DNA of 64,000 nucleotides, from positions 19,886-83,885 of the forward strand of contig DAOUKG010000017.1 in assembly GCA_034421575.1 (NCBI GenBank), given 5' to 3'. Origin of the DNA: Dehalococcoidia bacterium. GTDB taxonomy: Bacteria > Chloroflexota > Dehalococcoidia > Lucifugimonadales > VXLM01. This document shows, piece after piece, positions 45,936-55,052 of this stretch. The number at the start of each line of letters is the position of its first letter. The stretch's first letter is position 1. The notes below the pieces were generated by a model, which searched no databases, was not told where the DNA came from, and saw only the letters and a program-made list of their open reading frames with translations. Both the position numbers and the translations under genes were made by a program.

Positions 45936-47210
45936 ATGACCCTCCTACGCTTCGTACATGCCGCCGACCTCCACCTCGACAGCCCCTTCAAGGGAATGAA
46001 GGCCGCCGCCCCCGATAACGTGTCAACCTCCCTTCGCGAAGCGACCTTCACGGCCTACGAGAACATCGTGAAGCTCTGCATGGAGGAGCGTGTGGACGCC
46101 CTGCTCGTCGCGGGCGACGTGTACGATTCGGCGGACCGCAGCCTCCGAGCGCAGCTCAAGTTCGTCGAGGGCCTGAAGCGTCTGGACGACGAGGGCATAC
46201 GTTCATTCATCTGCCACGGCAACCACGACCCGCTGGACGGCTGGGAGGCCAGACTGGACTATCCCGCAGGCTGTACACGCTTCGGCGCTGAGTTCGAGGC
46301 CGTGCCCGTGTTCCCGGACGATCCCCAACGCGCCGTCGTGCACGGCATCAGCTACCCGACCCGCGAAGTCAGAGACAACCTAGTTCCTCGACTTGGCCAC
46401 ATCGATCCCGACGTATTCTCAATCGGCCTGATGCACGCCAACGTCGGCAACAACCCGAATCATGACCCATATGCCCCGTGTTCGCTGGAAGACCTGAGGT
46501 CAACGGGCATCAACTACTGGGCCCTCGGTCACGTACATACACGTGAGGTACTCAACGAACGCTCGCCGACGGTGGTCTATCCTGGCAACTCCCAGGGCAG
46601 ACACGCGAACGAGACCGGAGCGCGTGGCGTATACGTCGTCGAGGTGGACGATAACCGAAACGTCCGCCTGGACTTCAGGGCCATTGACACCGTGCGGTGG
46701 GAGCGACCCGTCCTCAACATCTCCACGATGCAGACCGCGCAGGATTTGCTCAATGGCCTGCAACAAAGCACGGAAGAGGCTCTAAGCGGAGCGGATGGCC
46801 GGTCGATTGTGCTCCGGATAACGTTGGAAGGTCGGGGCGCGTTGTACGACTCTCTGCGGAAACAGGACTTCATGCAGGACCTGCTGGACGATCTCAACGG
46901 CGAGTGGTCGGGACAATCTCCATTCGCGTGGTGCGAACGCATCGAGGACGAAACGGCCCCGTCGTTCGACAGGCAGGAACGCATCCAGGGTTCCGATTTC
47001 CTGGCCGAGGTGCTCAAGACGACGGACCGGGCGAAGGACGACCCGGAGCTACGGGCCGAATTGCAAGACGGGCTCGGTGATCTCTACCAGCACCGGCGGT
47101 ATCGTCGACTCCTGGACGACTACACCCTTGGCGAGGATGAACTCCCCGCTCTGATAGACGAGGCCGAAGCCATTGTCGTGGACCTGCTTGCCGGAGAACG
47201 GGACGCATGA
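45936..47210 (+). CDS. Mre11/SbcD-like metallophosphoesterase (YhaO/SbcF type)
   Basis: LRFVHAADLHLDSPF, LLVAGDVYDS, FICHGNHDP and WALGHVH are calcineurin-type nuclease motifs. Confidence 0.85.
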   Translation: MTLLRFVHAADLHLDSPFKGMKAAAPDNVSTSLREATFTAYENIVKLCMEERVDALLVAGDVYDSADRSLRAQLKFVEGLKRLDDEGIRSFICHGNHDPLDGWEARLDYPAGCTRFGAEFEAVPVFPDDPQRAVVHGISYPTREVRDNLVPRLGHIDPDVFSIGLMHANVGNNPNHDPYAPCSLEDLRSTGINYWALGHVHTREVLNERSPTVVYPGNSQGRHANETGARGVYVVEVDDNRNVRLDFRAIDTVRWERPVLNISTMQTAQDLLNGLQQSTEEALSGADGRSIVLRITLEGRGALYDSLRKQDFMQDLLDDLNGEWSGQSPFAWCERIEDETAPSFDRQERIQGSDFLAEVLKTTDRAKDDPELRAELQDGLGDLYQHRRYRRLLDDYTLGEDELPALIDEAEAIVVDLLAGERDA

Positions 47211-50200
47211 AGATTCGGGAAATCCGCATTGACGGTTTTGGCCGGTTCGCCGGGCAGGAATTCGGCCCGTTTGAGCGTCCGGTCACGATCTTCCATGGCC
47301 CCAACGAAGCCGGAAAGAGCACGCTGCTGGAGTTCGTGCGAAGGGTGCTGTTCGGGTTTCCTCGCAGGAACGCAAGGACCAACGCGTACCCCCCTATCGC
47401 CGGTGGGAGCTATGGCGGCCTTTTGACGCTCGAAGGAACCGACGGTCGCATCTACAACGTCCGCAGAACATCAGGAAGAAGCTTCAGCGGTGAGGTCTCC
47501 GTAACATCGCAGCTGGGCGATCCGCTGCTGGAGTCGGAACTCACAACGCTGCTTGGTCATCACTCGCAGGACGTTTTCGAGCAGGTCTTCGCGTTCACGC
47601 TCGACGAGCTCTACAGCGACGACCTGCTGAGCGATGCAAACGTCAACGGCCAGATCTACAGCGCAGGGATGGGTGTGACGTCGCTGCAGGACGTGATGGC
47701 TTCTCTTGACCGGTCGAGGAACTCCATCTTCCGCAGTGGCGGGAGCACTCAGGAGATATATAGCGCCGCCAACAGACTGGACGATATCGATTCCACGCTT
47801 CGTGAGGTTGCCGACAACGCCGCGAGGTATGGAGAACTGACCGAACGTTTGCAGCAGGTCGAATCCGAGCTTGAATCCCTTGCCGACCGGCGGCGAACGC
47901 TTCAGACCCTGCATGGCCGGCAGACGAGACTGCATAGCGCCTGGGACTCATGGAACGACCTCGTATCGGCCGAGCAAGAGTTGAGCGCCCTGCCGCCAAT
48001 CGAAGACTTCCCGACCGACGGCCTGAACCGCCTGGAAAAACTCGAAGAGCGCGTGAGAATTGCGCGTCAAGAGTTGGAGATCGCGAGCAGCCGGGTGCGA
48101 GACGCTAAACAGGCGGCTGATGTCGCCGTACCGCACGTGGCCATTCTCAGAAACTCATCCGACATCCGTAGCCTGCAGAATGGACGGACCGCTTTCGACG
48201 GTTCAGTAAAGGACTTGCCGGAACGCGAGACCGAGCTTGAGGGGCACAGGAGAACCCTTGCCGAGACCCTGCAGGACCTGGGGCCTGACTGGGACGAGGT
48301 CCGGTTGGAGGAATTCGATCTCTCCATAGCTGTGCGCCAGGAGATTACCCAGTACGGCGAACGGCTCAGGGAAGCCTCCGCCGAGCTTTCGAGCCGCAGA
48401 GCAACCCTCGTTCAGGACTCCACCGCATTGGAGGAGGCCATTGAGTCCGAGGGCAGGGCCCAACGTGAGTTGGAGGCCGCTCAAAGGCCCGACCTCAATG
48501 CGGAACAGATACGGCAACGCCGGGAACTCATCAGAGAGGCGTCGGTACAGCTTGGAGTGGTCGACCGTGCAAGGCAGAATCTCTCAAACTTGCAGAGCCA
48601 ACTTGAAAGAGTTGTTGGCTCCGGCGCTCCCGTCCCGGACCGGCGAGATGCCGGCAGGATGGGAGTCCCTACTTTCGCTCTTGTGATAATGGTGCTCATC
48701 CCGGTCGGGATCGCCGTTGCTGCCTTCGCCTTTGGAGTGACTGGGCCAATTGAGTCTCTTGTCTTTGCCGGCACCCTTGTGCTTCTGGCGCTGGTTGTTC
48801 TTGCCGGATACAGGGTAATCTCAGGCAGAGTGTCCGGTAATGACCTGGTTCAGTCCAATCTCGCTGCCTCGATTCGACAGCAAATTCTCCAAGCCGAACA
48901 AGACATGTCCGCCACAGAGTCCGAATTGAGCGAGATCGCTGGACGCCTGGCCATCGATGAGGTCAATGACCGAAGCCTCATAGCCGAGGAAGGCTCGATG
49001 GATGCTGAGGCCACCAATCTTGCTGTGTGGGATTCCTTGTCGCGAACGTTGCGGGAATCCGGTGCGATTAGAGAACAGAGGAAGGCACGCAAGGCCCTGT
49101 CGGAGGGGGCCGTCGAGCGGGCATCCGAGCAACTCGGAGCCAGAAGTTCGGAGTGGCAGGAATGGCTGCAGTCGCGCGGCCTGCTGGAGTCCTTCACGCC
49201 GGAGACTGTCGATGTGCTTCAGAGACAGGTCGAGCTTGGTCGCAGCAGGCTCGAAGACGTGCGGAGCTGGCAGACGCGAATAAAGGCTATCGAGAAGGAT
49301 ATCCAGGAATACGTCGAGGCCGTAGAGCCTCTGGCGACGGCATTCGACGTCACGTTCGACGCCGGCGATTACCGGACGGTTGCTGCTGCGGCTGACAGAC
49401 TCGTCGAGCTTCTTGAGGAAGTGCAGGAGAGCGACAGGAATCGGACCGACGCCGAAGCGGAATTGGATGAGGCTGAGCGACACTTCCAAGACCGTAAGAA
49501 CGTCCTTGAAAAGGCGGAAGAGGAGCTTGCACAGCTGCTGCGATCAGGAGGAGCAGAGGAAGCCGAGGCCTTTCGTGCAAGAGCCGGTCTCTATCAAAGA
49601 CGATCCGACCTTGAAGACAAAAACCGCGCCGCCCTCGACCGTCTCCAGCGAGTCAGCGGGCCGGGCGAGGCACTCCACAGGCTGAAGAACGACCTGGCCA
49701 ACTCAGACCCTCAGTCCATGAACGACGAGATTAGCAACTTGGAACTGGAAAGAGACGCTGTGGACGCTGAGATTGAGCAACTATCGACCGAGCGCGGTTC
49801 CATTCAGAACGAACTTGACAGCCTCGTCAGCGAGGAAGAATCATCCCGGCTAAGAATGGAGAGGAACACCCTCCTTGAGCAGATCTCCGTCCATGCGCGC
49901 GACTGGGCGCGGCTCACGCTCGCGAGGGAACTGCTCGAAGAGGCGCGACGCAAGTTCGAGCGAGAGCGGCAGCCCGGCGTGGTGCGCCATGCACAGGAGT
50001 TCTTCGCCGACATCACCGAGGGGCGATATAGGCAGGTCTACGCTCCTCTCGGCGAGCAGACGATCACGGTCACGGACGCAGACGGCACCACAAAGCAGCC
50101 GTCCGAACTGAGCCGCGGCACACGGGAGCAGCTATTCCTGTCGCTGCGATTCGGGCTGATTCGCGAGCTTGGACAGCGCACCGAGCCGCTTCCCGTGATC

Positions 50201-50383
50201 GTGGACGAAGTCCTCGTGAACTTCGATCCCGAACGCGCGCTCCGTGCTGCCGTCTCCTTCGCGAAGCTCTCCGAAACGAACCAGGTGCTGGTCTTCACCT
50301 GTCATCCGTCGGTCGTCGACCTGTTTCGCACGGCAACGTCCGAGGCAGGCATAGAGGCGCCAGACGAAGTATCGATAACCTGA
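47207..50383 (+). CDS. Rad50/SbcC-like AAA ATPase (YhaN/SbcE type) with a central predicted transmembrane hairpin
   Basis: The N-terminal Walker A is FHGPNEAGKSTLLEFV. There are long coiled-coil stretches. The C-terminus has LSRGTREQLFLSLRFGL (signature) and PVIVDEVLVNFD (Walker B). Hydrophobic residues ~487-533 correspond to nt 48665-48810. Confidence 0.8.
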   Translation: MKIREIRIDGFGRFAGQEFGPFERPVTIFHGPNEAGKSTLLEFVRRVLFGFPRRNARTNAYPPIAGGSYGGLLTLEGTDGRIYNVRRTSGRSFSGEVSVTSQLGDPLLESELTTLLGHHSQDVFEQVFAFTLDELYSDDLLSDANVNGQIYSAGMGVTSLQDVMASLDRSRNSIFRSGGSTQEIYSAANRLDDIDSTLREVADNAARYGELTERLQQVESELESLADRRRTLQTLHGRQTRLHSAWDSWNDLVSAEQELSALPPIEDFPTDGLNRLEKLEERVRIARQELEIASSRVRDAKQAADVAVPHVAILRNSSDIRSLQNGRTAFDGSVKDLPERETELEGHRRTLAETLQDLGPDWDEVRLEEFDLSIAVRQEITQYGERLREASAELSSRRATLVQDSTALEEAIESEGRAQRELEAAQRPDLNAEQIRQRRELIREASVQLGVVDRARQNLSNLQSQLERVVGSGAPVPDRRDAGRMGVPTFALVIMVLIPVGIAVAAFAFGVTGPIESLVFAGTLVLLALVVLAGYRVISGRVSGNDLVQSNLAASIRQQILQAEQDMSATESELSEIAGRLAIDEVNDRSLIAEEGSMDAEATNLAVWDSLSRTLRESGAIREQRKARKALSEGAVERASEQLGARSSEWQEWLQSRGLLESFTPETVDVLQRQVELGRSRLEDVRSWQTRIKAIEKDIQEYVEAVEPLATAFDVTFDAGDYRTVAAAADRLVELLEEVQESDRNRTDAEAELDEAERHFQDRKNVLEKAEEELAQLLRSGGAEEAEAFRARAGLYQRRSDLEDKNRAALDRLQRVSGPGEALHRLKNDLANSDPQSMNDEISNLELERDAVDAEIEQLSTERGSIQNELDSLVSEEESSRLRMERNTLLEQISVHARDWARLTLARELLEEARRKFERERQPGVVRHAQEFFADITEGRYRQVYAPLGEQTITVTDADGTTKQPSELSRGTREQLFLSLRFGLIRELGQRTEPLPVIVDEVLVNFDPERALRAAVSFAKLSETNQVLVFTCHPSVVDLFRTATSEAGIEAPDEVSIT

Positions 50384-50384
50384 A

Positions 50385-51233
50385 TTGCCCGATTCTCAAG
50401 GAAGACCTGACATTTCGACTCCCGATCACTACGGTCGCCCCCGTCTCGCCTGCATCCTCCTGGACGCCCTGTCAGCCTCCGGGACTGACATCGACAACCT
50501 CAAGCCTGATGACCTGGCCCCGTTTGAGAACCTCCACATTCGAGGACGTGCCCCCACGCGCGAGCTTGCGGGACTCGCCGGAATTCGTTCCGGTATGCGA
50601 GTCCTCGATGTCGGCTGCGGCATAGGAGGCCCCGCGAGGACACTGGCGTTGAACTACGGTTGCCACGTGACCGGCATCGACATGGCCGCCAGCTACGTTG
50701 AGGCCGGTCGAATGCTGATCGAACGCCTCGGCCTCAGCGAGTCGGTATCACTATCAGTCGGTAACGCGCTCGCCCTCCCCTTCGACGACGGCACGTTCGA
50801 TGTCGTGTGGATGCAGCACATGGGTATGAACGTGGCAGACAAGGACCGCCTCTTCCGCGAAGCCCGCAGGGTGCTGCGCTCCGGCGGCAGACTCGCCCTT
50901 CACGAAATACTCGCGGGCGATGTCTCACCTCCTCACTACCCTGCGCCCTGGGCCGACGAGCCATCGTTCAGCCACCTCGTTGACGCAGACCGTCTGAGGG
51001 CGGCACTCACGGAGAGCGGCTTCCGGGAGATCACATGGCATGATGACACTCCCAAGTCCATACAGTGGGCACGAACACCGCCGGACAGGAATGCCGGCCA
51101 TGCGTCGTCGTCCGCGTTCGAAGCACTCCTCGGACCGAACTATGGGGAGCGCATCGAGAACGCCCGTCGCAACCTCATCGAAAGACGCATAGAGATAATA
51201 CAGGCGGTGTACGTAGCTGTTCAGAGTTCGTGA
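50385..51233 (+). CDS. class I SAM-dependent methyltransferase (Methyltransf_11-like, small-molecule type)
   Basis: It has VLDVGCGIGGPARTLA. The TTG start lies 2 nt after the Rad50-like stop. The last 6 codons and the stop are supplied by a MITE terminal repeat. Confidence 0.8.
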   Translation: MPDSQGRPDISTPDHYGRPRLACILLDALSASGTDIDNLKPDDLAPFENLHIRGRAPTRELAGLAGIRSGMRVLDVGCGIGGPARTLALNYGCHVTGIDMAASYVEAGRMLIERLGLSESVSLSVGNALALPFDDGTFDVVWMQHMGMNVADKDRLFREARRVLRSGGRLALHEILAGDVSPPHYPAPWADEPSFSHLVDADRLRAALTESGFREITWHDDTPKSIQWARTPPDRNAGHASSSAFEALLGPNYGERIENARRNLIERRIEIIQAVYVAVQSS

Positions 51234-51359
51234 GATATGCAGGAATTGTCTGTCATTCTGAGAAGCCCAGCGACGAAGAATCTCCAATCTCTCCCCCGCC
51301 GGGGGAGAGATACAGAGAGGGGGTCTTCGTTATCCAACTCACAGAGACTGAACACTGAC
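51213..51359 (+). mobile_element. MITE-like element, family Y, copy 7 with a perfect 8-bp target-site duplication
   Basis: It runs gtagctgttcagagttcgtgagat ... cacagagactgaacactgac. The flanking cggtgtac lies at 51205-51212 and 51360-51367. Confidence 0.8.
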
Positions 51360-51375
51360 CGGTGTACGCGGCCGC

Positions 51376-51406
51376 TTGAAAGCGGACCGCGCCCTTTTGC
51401 TATAAT
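51376..51406 (+). promoter_or_regulatory. candidate sigma70-type promoter for the BI-1 family gene
   Basis: TTGAAA (51376-51381), 19-nt spacer, then an extended -10 TGcTATAAT (51398-51406). It lies 47 nt upstream of ATG 51453. Confidence 0.35.
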
Positions 51407-51452
51407 TAAACGAGTGACGACACCTTAGTCTTTCAGGGAGAATTGCTTCGTC

Positions 51453-52181
51453 ATGTCCACACAAGAGTACTTCGGCGTACCCCTCTACGACAGAACCCGG
51501 GCGAATGCCATCTATACCGACGCGATGACCCGCATGTACGGCCTCGTCGCGCTTGGGGTAATCACGACTGGGGCGACGATCTGGATCGGCGACATGACCG
51601 GCGTGGGAGAGGTCTTCTACAGCCTCGGCTGGATCGGCTGGCTCCTGATGATCGGCATCATGTTCGGAACGCTCATGGCCGCCAGCGCCGTCGTCGCCAA
51701 GGGCAACACTGCCCTTGGGACCGTCCTCTATCTCGCCTTCACCGGCATTGAAGGACTGTTCCTCTCGCCGATACTCATCAGATTCGCCGGCGACACGATA
51801 GGCGTGGCCTTTCTGCTGACGGGCGGGCTGTTCGTCGCCATGACCGCCGTCGGCATGACCACCAAGAGGGACTTGACGAAGCTGGGGCCGATGCTGATCT
51901 TCGGCCTCATCGGGCTGGTAATCATCAGCCTCATCAACATGCTCCTGATCCAGTCAAGCGGCCTGTTCCTGCTCATCAACATCCTCCTTCTGCCCCTGTT
52001 TCTCGCGCTGACGGTATGGGAGACGAAGCAGATGAAGGAGCTGGCGCAACAAGCTGCTATGGAGGGCGACCAGAAGGGCGCCACACAGGTGGCCGTCATG
52101 GGAAGCATCGGCCTCTACCTGAACGTGCTGAACATCTTCCTCATCATCCTCAACCTGCTGGGGTTCGTCTCGAACGACTAA
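51453..52181 (+). CDS. Bax-inhibitor-1/YccA-family membrane protein
   Basis: 242 aa with about 7 TM helices. Typical motifs are MTRMYGLVALGV... and LFLALTVWETKQM...NIFL.IL. Confidence 0.85.
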   Translation: MSTQEYFGVPLYDRTRANAIYTDAMTRMYGLVALGVITTGATIWIGDMTGVGEVFYSLGWIGWLLMIGIMFGTLMAASAVVAKGNTALGTVLYLAFTGIEGLFLSPILIRFAGDTIGVAFLLTGGLFVAMTAVGMTTKRDLTKLGPMLIFGLIGLVIISLINMLLIQSSGLFLLINILLLPLFLALTVWETKQMKELAQQAAMEGDQKGATQVAVMGSIGLYLNVLNIFLIILNLLGFVSND

Positions 52182-52579
52182 GCGGGAAGAGGGCGGAGTT
52201 CAACACGAGTCCACTGGGGCAACCCCGCTAAGAGGGTGTTGCCGAATTCCGTGAACCCCGGTTCGTGGCGAGCTTTCCATGAATCCCGTTCGTGGTGAGC
52301 CTGTCAAACCATCAACCGCCCCTCGACAGGCTTTCAACTAGCTGCTCAGGACAGGATGAAGATTTACCGCAGAGAACACAGAGAGCGCAGAGGGGAAAAG
52401 AGGCCGTGCGGCCACGAGGAAATACGTTCGGCCTGAGCCTGTCGAAGGCCCTCTTATCCCCTTCACTTTGAATCTACCGCGAATCCGTCATTCCCGCGAA
52501 AGAACGTCACCCCGTACCACGATACGGGGCGGGAATCTAGGAGTATTCTCGTCCCGTTGGACCGGACCGTCGTCGGTCG

Positions 52580-53257
52580 CTACTTAGGCCCGAGAATCGC
52601 AAATCCGAGCACGATTAGCGCCACTGCGCTTGCGAACCCAATCGGACCGTACTTCGACATCCTGGCGTTGCTCGATGTGCTGAACTTGTCGATCCCCCAG
52701 GCACAGGGGCCAAACGCCACCCCTCCCAACCCAGCCCAGAACGGGAAAGCCCCCAGGAGGAGGAACGCGTTCTTGAGGCCGTAGACGAACCACAGCGCGG
52801 TGAATAGGTTGAAGAAGCTTCCCACCACGTTGGGGACGGACTTTACACTCGAAATGAAGAGGAAGAATTCCCTGGCGATAGGAAGGAATATCCCCCCGGT
52901 CAGATAGGAGTAGAACATCAAGTATCCTAGCGCCAGCAAGAGCCACACCCAGAGGCGTCGCGCGCGTCTCCCGTGTACGCTGAAGGTGGGCCTCACACCG
53001 TAGAGCCAGTATGAGACGGGACCTCCAACGAGGAGTCCTCCAATGCAACCGGCAATCCCGAAGAGCACCGCCTGCCCCGGGGGCACCCGGTCAAGGGCGC
53101 CGACACCTTCGAACTCCGTATACAGGTTGAGGATCGTCGTCGCGGCCCCGATGCCCGCGGCCATGATGCCGATGGCCAGGCCAAACCGAATGCGCGTCCA
53201 GTCACGCTGGACGATTTCCTGTTCAGACAGTCTCAGGGCCTGGGCCTGCATTGCCAT
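52580..53257 (-). CDS. hypothetical polytopic membrane protein
   Basis: I chose the start at MAMQAQ. The ORF is open to 53347. It has about 6 hydrophobic helices and I recognise no family. Confidence 0.45.
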   Translation of the reverse strand: MAMQAQALRLSEQEIVQRDWTRIRFGLAIGIMAAGIGAATTILNLYTEFEGVGALDRVPPGQAVLFGIAGCIGGLLVGGPVSYWLYGVRPTFSVHGRRARRLWVWLLLALGYLMFYSYLTGGIFLPIAREFFLFISSVKSVPNVVGSFFNLFTALWFVYGLKNAFLLLGAFPFWAGLGGVAFGPCAWGIDKFSTSSNARMSKYGPIGFASAVALIVLGFAILGPK

Positions 53258-53418
53258 TCCTACTCTCCGCGTCGCTTCCGCCGGTTGTACGGCTCTATTG
53301 AACCGTCTAGTCGAAAATCCCCGAACAAAATAATAGCACACCCTCACGTTTGCTCACTACGGACACGGACTTGCGCGTGCATCCATGACTTGGACGGAGA
53401 CGAGGCAATGCCGTTGCC

Positions 53419-53929
53419 ATAACTATTCAGACTCGGTGCCGAAACCCTCTCTATGCACATCACCGTCATACCCGCGAAAGGAGACCTTTGCGTAACCTCA
53501 GCACCCGTCACTCCTCTGAAAATAACCCCCGGCCAACCCATCGTAGGGGCAACCCTTGTGGTTGCCCGTCCCCAATACCGCGCCACCACCCGTCATTCCG
53601 GCGTAGAGCTTGCCCCGTACTCCGATACGGGGCCGGAATCCAGTCCCCGGATCCCGCTGGCTCGTGCCAACCCCATTTTCATTCCAGGTGGTGAGGGTGG
53701 CAGCCCTCATGAAATATTCCGAATGAAGCGGAGCGGTATGAGGAATCTAGGGTTACTGTCCTCGAAGCGGAGTTCCGTAGCTGGTACGGCACGAATGAGG
53801 ACGGCAGGGCATCTTAGATTCCTCGCTGCGCTCGGAATGACAGGCTGCTACGTACGTTACGCAAAGGTCTCCGAAAGCGGGTATCCACTGGGGTAAGGGG
53901 CGTTCGCCTCATCCAGACTGAACGCTCAC
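53419..53929 (+). mobile_element. MITE-like element, family Y, copy 8, swollen to ~510 nt by nested repeat modules
   Basis: It runs ataactattcagactcggtg ... cagactgaacgctcac. The flanks share cgttgcc (53412-53418 and 53930-53936; 7 of 8). Confidence 0.65.
53516..53692 (+). repeat. ~177-nt composite repeat, copy b (inside family-Y copy 8)
   Basis: It is the same as 14443-14592. The gaag loop of the ccggc/gccgg hairpin is replaced by gtagagcttgccccgtactccgatacgggg. Confidence 0.8.
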
Positions 53930-54062
53930 CGTTGCCGTCGGCATTTGAGGTTTGCGAGTCCGCATGGTACGCTCAAACGGAAATCCTGACCGTCACGCTA
54001 TGGGGAGACCCTCGGACAAAGTGACTCCGAAGCGATCGAGTTCCAATACGTCGGTGGAGGCC

Positions 54063-54746
54063 ATGCGGCTCTCCATGGCTGCCGAGAACTACCTGCTCTC
54101 GATCTACCAGTTGGAAGAGCTTGGTCGTCGTGTGACGCCGTCTCAGCTAGCCGAGCAGCTCAAGCGTCTGCCGGAGGGTGAGGGGCTGGGAACGTCCCTG
54201 CCTTCGGTGACGGGCATGCTCCGGCGGCTCTCTCGCGAAAAGCTCATCGAGATGGACAAGAACAAGGAGATCGACCTGACCAAGCTCGGTCGAAAAGCGG
54301 CGGAGAGCATAGTCCGACGGCATCGACTGGCAGAGCTTCTCGTCGTGAACCTTCTCGATGTCCATCTCTACAACGCTCACGAGGAGGCGCACCGGCTGGA
54401 GCACGCGATGTCTCCGCTGCTGGAGGAGAAGATCAGACGGAAGCTTGGCAATCCGATGACATCCCCGTTCGGCGATCCCATACCCGGCAGCGGGCACGCG
54501 GTCTCGAACGACTCCATTCTCCTGAGCGCGGCCAAGCAGGGACATGAATACACGGTCGATAGGATTCCCGAGGACGACCAGGCGCTGCTCGAGTACCTCG
54601 TACCCTACGGATTCATCCCTGGGCGCAGGGTGAAGATCACCGAGGCCGCGCCCTATCGCGGGGTCATCAGGCTGGAGTGCGACGGTGAGGAAATCGTGGT
54701 GGGCTACGAGGTTGCCGAACGCATCTGGCTCGGCCGGACGGAGTAG
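54063..54746 (+). CDS. DtxR/MntR-family metal-dependent transcriptional regulator with a FeoA-like C-terminal domain
   Basis: AENYLLSIYQLEE, RRHRLAELLV and EEAHRLEHAMSP are metal-site motifs. The C-terminal SH3-like FeoA region is EYTVDRIPEDD...GRRVKI. Confidence 0.85.
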   Translation: MRLSMAAENYLLSIYQLEELGRRVTPSQLAEQLKRLPEGEGLGTSLPSVTGMLRRLSREKLIEMDKNKEIDLTKLGRKAAESIVRRHRLAELLVVNLLDVHLYNAHEEAHRLEHAMSPLLEEKIRRKLGNPMTSPFGDPIPGSGHAVSNDSILLSAAKQGHEYTVDRIPEDDQALLEYLVPYGFIPGRRVKITEAAPYRGVIRLECDGEEIVVGYEVAERIWLGRTE

Positions 54747-54789
54747 CGCCAGCGGACCACAGAGCCTTTCCCACTCCAGTCGAGGCAGA

Positions 54790-55041
54790 ATGGCATTGAT
54801 CTCCGGTTCTCGCTCACGCTTACGAGACATTCTCAACGGCTGGCTTACGTTCGCGCATCTCCTCGGAACCGTCCAGATGGTTGTCCTGCTCACAGTCGTG
54901 TACTGGGTGTTCATTCCGCTCATGTATGTCCCCTTCGGCCTCATCGCCGATCCGCTCCGTCTCCGCCGCTCGGCAGGGAGTTGGTGGCGGAAGCGCGAAG
55001 CCCCCGACGACGCGACGGAATTCATGCGGCGGCAGTGGTGA
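54790..55041 (+). CDS. small membrane protein (possibly SxtJ-like) preceding the carbamoyltransferase
   Basis: 83 aa. It has one or two TM helices (LLGTVQMVVLLTVVYWVFIPLMYVPFGLI). It ends 11 nt before the carbamoyltransferase start. The family assignment is tentative. Confidence 0.45.
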   Translation: MALISGSRSRLRDILNGWLTFAHLLGTVQMVVLLTVVYWVFIPLMYVPFGLIADPLRLRRSAGSWWRKREAPDDATEFMRRQW

Positions 55042-55052
55042 CCGGTCTCCCC

